NCBI GenBank assembly: GCA_965649765.1
Contig: OZ287754.1
Span: forward strand, 35,774,001 to 35,838,000
Length of the DNA stretch: 64,000 nucleotides
Direction of reading: 5' to 3'
From: Bispira polyomma
Taxonomy: Eukaryota
Shown piece after piece: positions 13,283-22,269 of this stretch. Both the position numbers and the translations under genes were made by a program. Positions within the stretch are counted from its first letter, which is position 1. Every line of letters begins with the position of its first letter. The notes under the pieces were generated by a model, which worked only from the letters and a program-made list of their open reading frames with translations, had not been told where the DNA came from and searched no databases.

Positions 13283-14272
13283 ATGCCTCCTAAAAAGGAG
13301 TTCTCTTGTAGTGCTTGGAAAGACATGAATGGCCTGTGGGAAAGCGTTGTCATTTTCAAATGGAGGACAGTGTTGCCGAGGATGTGACCCTGTTGATTCT
13401 TTTACTTCAGGTAATATGTCTGATTCAGTATCCGGTCAAATTCTGCAGCAGTTACAAGCTATGAATAAAAAATTGGAGAGCATGGATCAACGGGTACAGG
13501 TCACGGAGGCGGCACTGTGCTCACCCAGCGCCAATAAGGCATGTATGACTTCTCAAACCAATGTTAGTGTTGCTAGTGTATCTGAGCCAGCAGTAGTTGA
13601 AGCTGTGGTCCCCTCATTAGAGTTCTTACGTACAAACGAAAACCTGTAGTCGCAGGTCGATCAGCGTTTAGTCCAGCTACAACAACTCAATGAACCAGCA
13701 CGAGGTAAACTTAAGTCCCAACGAGGTGGTGTCGAGGCCCCTATAAAAAAGCATGTTGATCGGCCACAGAATTTGGTCCTATCCGGTGTAAAAAAGACTA
13801 GGCCACTTATGACGACTTTTCACTACTTCAGTTTACCTCGGGATTCGTGAGATGTATACAAGAGCCAAAAATGCCGGAAGTACGGGAGGCAATGTCTCGC
13901 AAACCTCATGGATGATGCCCATGATTTTTCTTGGAAAACCGCTAAAGCTTCTCATGCCATTTTACTTACAAACATGGAGGTAGATCGTTTAAAATGGACG
14001 GATGTGGAAAAGGTGAACCGTGTCCGCAGGACCCACGCACAACGCCATGTTGCCCCGAGTGTGAATGGTTTTGGCTCGTCAAAACAAGTAATAACAAAGG
14101 TAAAAGTCAAGTTAAAACCCAAGGGGTCGTCTGTAGGTTCTTCCAAGAAGGAACGTGTAAATTCAATGCCAGCCAATGTACTTCTGGGCAACTTTTTAAA
14201 CATTGTTGTGAGAACTGCGATGGCTCTCATCAAACCAAGTTATGTACAAAGAAAGGCGTTGCAAAAAACTAA
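13283..14272 (+). pseudogene. Y3 gag-like ORF (disrupted)
   Basis: VVPSLEFLR, KSQRGG, DDAHDFSWKTAKASHA, and C-terminal CRFFQEGTC...HCCENCDGSH. Confidence 0.75.
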
Positions 14273-14552
14273 GTGGCCACTGCAGAAATGCAGTGGATGT
14301 AAAAAATTCAAAAACCAAAGTGTATTCAAGAAAAGTGTATAACTCCCAGTTTAAGGATTTTCAGTTATGTAAAAAATCTAGACATTCAATGTGTTTTAGG
14401 GCGGGCCAGTCCTATAGGGATGCTGTGGCAAAAGGAAAATGTTATTCAAAAAATTATCAACCTCCTGTTGACGGTATTGTGGAAACACACACTATGCTTA
14501 GTACCAGTAAAACTAAAACAAAGGCTTTCACAAATCCTTTAAATAAAAGTGA

Positions 14553-16550
14553 GTGGGTTCAAGTGAGGGGAACGGGAATATTGCTGTGTGTGGCCCATGT
14601 GTGACCACTACAGAGAAAAAACGTGTCCAAAAGGTCAATGTTAACAAAGTGGGCTGTAGAACCCCTGAAAATGTAAACAAAGCTATGTTAACTGATTGTG
14701 ATGACAAGTATGCCTTGGATGTACCAAGACTCCCTGATAAAAGGCAGAAACTGAATAAAGCCAAAAATCGTGAGACTTATAAATTGTGGGATGTCCAGAA
14801 CCAGGGGAAGTTTGGGTTTATCCCGCTTAGCCACTGGGGTGTCCCTGTGTTAGACAACTCTGGCAACAAGTTGCCTGCACACTCACTAACCCTGCATGAA
14901 CATCTGCAATTGGATGGGCGACCTAATTATAGGGGCCTCCAATTACCAGTGACCTCCCAGTTAAAAGCCTCTGTATGGGCGGGTTACTTGCAGAATTACT
15001 GGGATTGGGAGCTACCACTTCTTATCAAGTTCGGATTTCCCCTCGATTGTGATCTACAATCTGAATTTAAGTCGAAGATAAATAACCACTCGTCGGCTTG
15101 CCAATACCCGGAACACGTATCTCACTACTTGTTAGAGGAGTGTAATTTGGGGGCCATGTATGGGCCTTATGCTGCTCCACCACTTGAGAGTTTGCATACC
15201 TCCCCCTTCATGACCCGGGATAAATCAAGTTCAAATAAACGTAGGGTTATAATTTATCTGAGTTGGCCCCATGGCCTGTCAGTTAATTCGGCTGTCCATT
15301 CAGACTCATATTTAGTCAAAGAATTTTTACTCACCTATCCCTCAATTAATACCATAACATCCCAAGTTATAGCCATGGGCAGAGGTTCATTACTGTTTAA
15401 AGCAGATATTAGTCGCCCTTTCCATCATGTGACTATGGATCCGAAAGATATAAACCTATTGGGACTGTATTGGGATGGGTACTATGTAGACGGGTCGCTC
15501 CCGTTCGGATACAAGCACGGATCCGCTATTTTTCAACGTATTTCGGATGGCATACGTTATATCATGAAGGGTCAAGGCCACAACATAATAAATTACATCG
15601 ACGACCTATTATGTTGCTCGACGTCCACAAAAATACATAAAGCCTATCACCGACTGCAGGAACTATTGTCTGAACTAGGCCTCACATTGAGTGAGAAAAA
15701 GCTTGTTCCCCCTGCAACCTGTGTAACGCGTCTAGGTATTGATATTGACACCACTAACTTTACTACTTCAATTCCACCTGAGAAGCTAGTCCACATACAA
15801 ACTATGTCTAATACTTGGGCAAACAAAAAATATACAAAGCGAGAATTACAATGTCTACTTGGGTCACTTTTGTATGTGTCCAAGTGTGTAAAGTACTCTA
15901 GGTTTTTCCTCAACAGGATGCTGCAACTTCTCAGAAGCAACCATAAAAGTAACTCGTTCAAAATTTCCCCTGAGTTTGGACAAGATCTAAATTGGTTCAG
16001 GACCTTTTTGAAGAAATACAATGGCGTTTTCTTCATTTACCACCAACCAATTACTGCTATGATTGAGTTGGATGCTTGTTTGACTGGGATAGGGGGAGTT
16101 TATGGAAACCAAGTATATTCTTTGCCAATACCTCTAGAAATGCAACAACAAAACATTGCATTTTTAGAAATGTTGGACATTCTTTTTGCCCTGAGAATGT
16201 GGGGCCATCAGTGGAAAGATCATAGAGTGCTCATAAAGTGTGATAATCAGGCGGTAGTAAGTGTTCTTACAAATGGGCGAACTCGAGATCCTGACTTGGC
16301 ATTGTGTTCTAGAAATATATTTATGATGGCCAGCCACTTTGATGTCGATATACAAGTGATTCATATATTAGGTGAACATAATACAACTGCTAACTTGCTG
16401 TCCAGGTGGACCAACTCAACACAGGACAATAGTCGTTTACATACTCTTGTAGGTCAAGTCCTGCGGTGTCCTGTAGATGAAAAGCATTTGTACCTTGATA
16501 AAAAATATATGACGTTGAATACTCTGCAAATGTTCTTATTTTCTAGATAG
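14553..16550 (+). CDS. Y3 pol: reverse transcriptase plus RNase H (665-aa open frame; true 5' start probably upstream via frameshift)
   Basis: LPFGYKHG, NYIDD, DACLTG, LEM, CDN, NTTANLLSR. Confidence 0.9.
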   Translation: MGSSEGNGNIAVCGPCVTTTEKKRVQKVNVNKVGCRTPENVNKAMLTDCDDKYALDVPRLPDKRQKLNKAKNRETYKLWDVQNQGKFGFIPLSHWGVPVLDNSGNKLPAHSLTLHEHLQLDGRPNYRGLQLPVTSQLKASVWAGYLQNYWDWELPLLIKFGFPLDCDLQSEFKSKINNHSSACQYPEHVSHYLLEECNLGAMYGPYAAPPLESLHTSPFMTRDKSSSNKRRVIIYLSWPHGLSVNSAVHSDSYLVKEFLLTYPSINTITSQVIAMGRGSLLFKADISRPFHHVTMDPKDINLLGLYWDGYYVDGSLPFGYKHGSAIFQRISDGIRYIMKGQGHNIINYIDDLLCCSTSTKIHKAYHRLQELLSELGLTLSEKKLVPPATCVTRLGIDIDTTNFTTSIPPEKLVHIQTMSNTWANKKYTKRELQCLLGSLLYVSKCVKYSRFFLNRMLQLLRSNHKSNSFKISPEFGQDLNWFRTFLKKYNGVFFIYHQPITAMIELDACLTGIGGVYGNQVYSLPIPLEMQQQNIAFLEMLDILFALRMWGHQWKDHRVLIKCDNQAVVSVLTNGRTRDPDLALCSRNIFMMASHFDVDIQVIHILGEHNTTANLLSRWTNSTQDNSRLHTLVGQVLRCPVDEKHLYLDKKYMTLNTLQMFLFSR

Positions 16551-17438
16551 AATACCTGTGCGACAGTTACTGTACAAGAATGCTACACAAAAATTGCAAC
16601 TTGCCTTCTCTAGATCTACTGAGAGGTCTTACACTGCCATGTATCGACTGTACTTGGCCTTTGCTGCCTTTATGGACTTGCCTTTACACCAGGTGACTGT
16701 GTTTGACCTTTTGTCTTTTTTAGAACTTTTTCAATGTAATAATGTCAAACCAGCCCATATGGCTAACTACCTTTCTGCGATAAAAGCAAAGTCCATTCTG
16801 CACAACGTCCAAGTTCATGCCTTCAGTGACCCCCGCATTGCTTATTTTCAAAAGGCTGCCCAAAGGACCTGCTCTCTTACATATAAAACTAAAATTATTG
16901 ATATACCAATGCTACATAATATAATAGAGTTGTGCAACACTACCTATATATATGGGTCTGATTTACAAGGACTTGTACCTGTTAAGTTATTTCTCATTTC
17001 TTTGGTTGTCAAACCTAATGCCACACTCTGTTTCACAATTTTCCCCTCTTAAACATCTAGCAATAGCAGATGTAATGATACATCAAGATAAAGCAGTTTT
17101 ACTCATAAAATGGTCTAAGACCATGCAGTCAAATAACCAAATTAAGCTTATTACTGTTTCACGTCTTCTGGGCTCATCCTTATGCCCAGTCGGGTCACTG
17201 GAGGACATGTTGGCACTCACTCTCTCTGGGGATAATTCCTCCCTCTTCCAAATTAAAATTGACCAAAAATGGGTTCCATTGATAGATTCAAAAGTACGTC
17301 GTCACTTTAGTAGCATTCTCGGTTGCAATTACACCAGTCTGGACTTACCTTCCACGCTTTCCGTCGTTCAGGTGCAACTTTTGCTTTTAATCACAATGTT
17401 AGCATTCAAAACATCCAACAACATGGCACCTGGACTAC
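16547..17438 (+). pseudogene. Y3 tyrosine recombinase (frameshifted, truncated)
   Basis: MANYLSAIK, IKWSKTMQ, FHAFRRSG, HGTW. Confidence 0.85.
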
Positions 17439-17984
17439 TGTGAAATATCAGTTATACCCATTGTAATACTTGTAATGATAATTTTCCATTACTTAAATTC
17501 AGCGATTGCTGAACTGTAATATTAGTAATTAAATTCTCAACTGTAATTGAAGTAATTAAATTCTCAAGTAACTATTACATAAGTAAGCTATTTCTGTAAC
17601 TGTTAACTATTACTGTAAATTTTGTATTTCGTGTTAACAGAATATATTATAATGCTGACGTGTAATTAACTTAACTTCATTTGGGATTGTAAGGTCACTT
17701 GCGTAAGGGCCTAAGGGCCTCCTCAAGTAACAAAGACAATAAACTTTCGTGCTAAGGTGACCTTACTCTAAATTTAGGCTAAAACATTTATTTAAGGTGA
17801 CCTTAAGTCACTTTAAGTTTGTGCCAAAGTTTAGTTTTCACTTACTGGTGACCTTAGTAGCCCTGTACATAAGTAGCCTAACATGTAGTCTAACAATAAA
17901 TGTTTTACCCGCATTCTGTGTATACCTATCTGTCTTCTTAATCTTGACCTCTGACCTGTTGCCGGGGAAATGAGCTCTCTGTCA
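17439..17984 (+). repeat. Unclassified LTR-like segment (TG...CA, AATAAA)
   Basis: Interrupts the Y3 YR at TG. AATAAA...CCGCATTC and AAGGTGACC motifs are shared with 39795-40207 and 45611-45951. No TSD. Confidence 0.35.
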
Positions 17985-17989
17985 TTAAG

Positions 17990-18369
17990 ACTTGTAGTCA
18001 TATATGCACCAAATCGAGATAGACCTCAGTTTTTCGCGATATTTAATAATTATAAAGAGCTTAACAACCAACAGTATGGAATTATCTGCGGAGACTTTAA
18101 TTTCGTTCTCAATTGAAGTATGGACTCAATGAATTATTGTAATATAAATAATCCTAAATCAAGACAATACAAGACTCGACTATTTGTTTGTTTTAAAATC
18201 TCTAATTGATGTTACTCATAGGTGTAAAGTACTATCTGGATATAGAACTGATCATTCTATCATTGGGTTGTCATTGACTCTAGATAAGTTCGAAAGAGGA
18301 AAAGGCATTTGGAAATTAAACACAAATTTATTAAAGGACTATCAATATTTGAATTTATTTAACACTTAA
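17990..18369 (+). pseudogene. L1/Tx1-like LINE AP-endonuclease fragment
   Basis: NIYAPN, ICGDFNFVL, YRTDHS, GKGIWKLN. Confidence 0.8.
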
Positions 18370-18399
18370 ATATTTTTCACCGATTTACAATTTTGATAG

Positions 18400-20529
18400 C
18401 TTTTTTTTTAATTAATACCAAAACAAATATATATATATATAAATAAATGTTCGTACATGCAAAAACAAAATAGAGACAAAAAATAAATACAAAGTTAAAC
18501 TACAGTACTATAAAACAAGGATAAATAAAGAAATACACTTAAATACATAACAATACGATCACAATTATATGTCTTCTTTATATTACATTAAAGAGCGTCT
18601 GCATATTTGACCAAATTTCGTTAAATGTGTCTTTACTTCCTTTTTCTTTATATATATATACTATTCGTTTTGGTAAATATATTCTTTTTTAGAATATTTT
18701 TTTTAAGGTATAGAAGTTCAATTTTCGTTCTTTATAGCACATGAGAAAATATAATTTTTAGTTGCTATTGTAATAAGGTTGATTAGAAGGAATTTATTTC
18801 TATCATTGCTACCCAATATAATATGGTTTGGATCAAAATTAACCTCAGAGTGGAATAGGTTTTCAACCACTGCTTCAAATCACTCCATAATTTTTTGCAC
18901 TGGTTGACAGAACACAAATAAGTGTAATATTGTTTCAGAGTCAGTATTGCACAATCTACAAATATCTGATCCAGTAATTGACATTTTAAAAAGCAAACTC
19001 CTTGTGCCAAGTATACAATGCAGTATTCAATTCATTTTTATTAATTTCATTATAAATATTTTTGCAACCACTTTACTTCAGATAACCAGGGACAGATGAT
19101 TAGTTATATATGGTCTTTCTAGCCTTGGCAAAGCCAGTTCATTATTTTTCTTCAAAAATTTGGTAATATCTGTTTTTCTTGAAAATACTCCAAAAAAATT
19201 ATGTTAGATAAATAAAACATGGACTCGATTGTTTGTTTGCTCAACATTATGCCATACTTTGTAGAATGTAACCTACAACTGTTATACCGTTCTACCTTAT
19301 TATACCATAAAGGTGTATCCAAGATAGTATCCTTATTACTTTCCATTGTATGGTCAAATAGAGATTCACAAATTTGTGATATGTCTATCCAAAATTCGTT
19401 ACTTACTTTTGATTGTAATAGTGTACACCAATATGAACCAAAGTCTGTTAATATTTTTATTGAAAAATGTGTTTATTAAAAAAGTTTTGACCACTCTGAT
19501 TCCTGTGATTTCTGCAGTTTTCTGATCAAAGTGCTTTTGAAAGCTTTGACAAAGTTTTCAATGTTAATCATTTTGAGTCCACCATTACTGTAATCTTGAC
19601 TAATTTGGATACGGTTCATTTCGTCAAGTTTGCCATTCCACAAAAAACCATATAATATATCATTAAACTCTTTATAGAATTGTCTACTTTGCAGAGTAAT
19701 TGACATGAATAAATGGTTTAATTTCCCAAGAATCAGTGTTTTTATTAATGTAATTTCACCTAGTGGAGTTAATGATCGGGTTCTTCAACTAGAAATAATT
19801 TTCTTTATTTTGTCAATAGCTTTTGAATAGTTCACACTATGTATTTTTTTTTAAATCAATATCAAAATCCAGACCTAATAAAGAAAGTTCTTCAGTGTTC
19901 CAGTCAAAACTATATTTGCATTTAAGTTTATCTTTTGAATATTTTTTCTTCCAATCCAGATCAGTTTTATTTTACTAGTATTCATTTACAATCCTGATGT
20001 TGTACGAAATATTTCTAATATATTTAGTGTGGCCGTTAAGGAGCTCTCTAAACCGTTAAGAATTAGTGTGGTATCATCAGCAAATTGTGTTATTTTAAAT
20101 TCAGTTTGTTTTATGGTTAAGCCTTTGATCTCTTTATTATTTTCAAGTAACAGATATAAAATTTGACCACATAGTATAAATAAATATGTCGCCAATGGAC
20201 CACTTTCTTTGCAACCTCTTTCTATGTCCAAAAGTCAGAGATTACCCTACCTGTATAACTGAGGCTTTAAATGCTGTGTTAAACAGTGTTACCCATTTGA
20301 TATATTTTTTCAATCATCTAAAATATTTTAGAACACTACCCAAAAATTTCGATGAAATTAAATTGAAGGCTTTCTTGAAATCTATAAGCATTAGTAATCC
20401 ATCAATGTTATTATTTTCTATGTAATCCATAATTTTATATATTAAACGAGTGCTATGACCAATAAATCTTGATTCTAAAAAACCTGATTGAGCCATGGAA
20501 ATTAATTTTGGTAAAACAGTTTTCATGCA
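18400..20529 (-). mobile_element. L1/Tx1-like LINE, 3' half of ORF2 and 3' UTR (left part, split by Y4)
   Basis: LIDFKKAF, QFADDTT, GGLKMINI, and an A-rich 3' end near 18402. Confidence 0.85.
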
Positions 20530-20739
20530 TGTTGTGGTCACGTCAGTGGAAAAAAAATTATATACATTATGGTAAACTTTCCCTCCTAGAAATTGTTTAC
20601 TCAGTAACACCTATCACAGTCTAGGAGACTTAAGTCACACAACCAATCACCTTCCTTCTTAAATGAACCCCTTCCCGCTTTTTCTATGATATTGGCATTA
20701 ATTAGTTGTAAGTCTAGGAAGCAACACTCTGAAAGATTT
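20530..20739 (+). repeat. Y4 repeat A1
   Basis: Matches 26097-26325 except that it lacks 19 bp (TGCTAGTATAGCATGACAA). Confidence 0.95.
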
Positions 20740-20916
20740 AATGTCTAGGCCCATGAGCGGCCATATTGGATTTGGCAATATTTCTAAATAATACAAGCTT
20801 ATTTTACAAGTTCTTATCTCTTTTACATCTTTTTAATAAGTGTTTTTAGTGCCTTTTTACTGTGTCTATATTATTGTGTCACTTGTGGAGCATTTACGCC
20901 TGGAGAAATCAGCACC

Positions 20917-22269
20917 ATGGGAAGAGGTAAAAAGAGACATCCCGCTGTAAACACAGTTATGTGCTCGAGGTGTGACATATCTCACACTCGTCCAGTCGGG
21001 AATAGGTGCACTAGGACCACTGAACCGTTGATTCCAGGGGAAGATTCATCACCCAACCGGGATCTCTGCACAGATAACTTTGACGGTGACACCGCGAGCA
21101 GCGTTTCTGAGAAAGTAAGTTCAGACCACTTTTATCGTGATATGCACACCAGACAGCAAGCTATGATGCAAACCCTCCTTACCACAGTTTCCAAACTACA
21201 GGAGGACGTGTCTGACCTCAAGAAGGGGCGAACCGACACCCCTCTCCCTCAGTTACTACCCGCTACTCCAGCTGTCGTGTCACCTCACCACACATCTGCT
21301 ACACTACTTCACGTACCAGCTCACAACACGCAGATCCTTCCAGACCATACCTACAGGCACCTCACACAACCTGTGTTGCATAGTGTACCTAGCAGTACTC
21401 ACCCACATAGAGACGTCCATCACAACGTTTGCTCACCTCACGTCAACCCGTCCCACGTAACACCCCCTTTGCAGCCTCAACCACAGGCAGCAGCCAACGT
21501 AGACAATTATGGTCAGGGTGTTACTCAGCGCGCGTTACAGGATGCCATCCTACCCACACCGGATATCTTAAGACAGTCGTCGACGATACAAAATGAAGTG
21601 TCACTACGCCTGGCGAGGTACGAGGCTTGGGCGGCTAACGAGAGCGTACAAGGTAAGCTCACTTCAAAGAAAAAATCTGGTCGTTATAATGTGTCTGACA
21701 TTTGTGTTACTGACCCGATGCAACGATGGCCAAATGAGGCCTGCTTTTCAGGCGTTAATAAGAAGCGGGTCTCGTTTGACGACCTCAGCGTATCTCAATT
21801 TGCAGCCGGACAAATCCAAAATATCTTAGACGTACAGAATCCGACTATCTCTCGGGCGATGCTCTCGCAACTTGCCGACACACTAAAGGACGCCTCCAAC
21901 ATATCCTGGCCAATTGCACGGGGGGCGTACGCATGCAATATGCATGATGTGGAGGAGGGCCGTCTGACTTGGTTAAATGAAACTAAATGGACTTTAAATA
22001 GGTTGTCATACTCTCAGGCCCTTGTCTCCAACCACACCACTCCAAGCGCCTCTTCCACCATGTCAACTACCAACAAGCCGGAAATGCCCTGTAGACATTT
22101 CCAAAAAGATCAATGCCAGCATCAAAAAGACCATGAGGGGACGAATACCCTTTTTAAACACATTTGTGCTAACTGCTATCGGTTGAATAAAAAATCCAAC
22201 CCTCACCCGGAGTCCAAATGCTATAAACTCCATGGACGACCTTCTACTACAGCAACTACTACCCAATAG
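20917..22269 (+). CDS. Y4 gag-like protein (450 aa)
   Basis: N-terminal CSRCDISHTRPVGNRC and C-terminal CRHFQKDQC..H / HICANC..HPESKC zinc-finger-like motifs. Confidence 0.88.
   Translation: MGRGKKRHPAVNTVMCSRCDISHTRPVGNRCTRTTEPLIPGEDSSPNRDLCTDNFDGDTASSVSEKVSSDHFYRDMHTRQQAMMQTLLTTVSKLQEDVSDLKKGRTDTPLPQLLPATPAVVSPHHTSATLLHVPAHNTQILPDHTYRHLTQPVLHSVPSSTHPHRDVHHNVCSPHVNPSHVTPPLQPQPQAAANVDNYGQGVTQRALQDAILPTPDILRQSSTIQNEVSLRLARYEAWAANESVQGKLTSKKKSGRYNVSDICVTDPMQRWPNEACFSGVNKKRVSFDDLSVSQFAAGQIQNILDVQNPTISRAMLSQLADTLKDASNISWPIARGAYACNMHDVEEGRLTWLNETKWTLNRLSYSQALVSNHTTPSASSTMSTTNKPEMPCRHFQKDQCQHQKDHEGTNTLFKHICANCYRLNKKSNPHPESKCYKLHGRPSTTATTTQ

Larger units (their letters stand above)
13060..17438 (+). 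mobile_element. Y3: Ngaro-like YR retrotransposon, 3'-truncated
   Basis: Promoter block, gag 13283-14272, RT-RNase H, and YR ending abruptly after HGTWT. Confidence 0.9.

Noticed and set aside
15647-16036. Antisense ORFs overlapping RT (also 24018-24338 and 61535-61786)
   Set aside because: Short shadow frames of the conserved RT codons, with no independent motifs.
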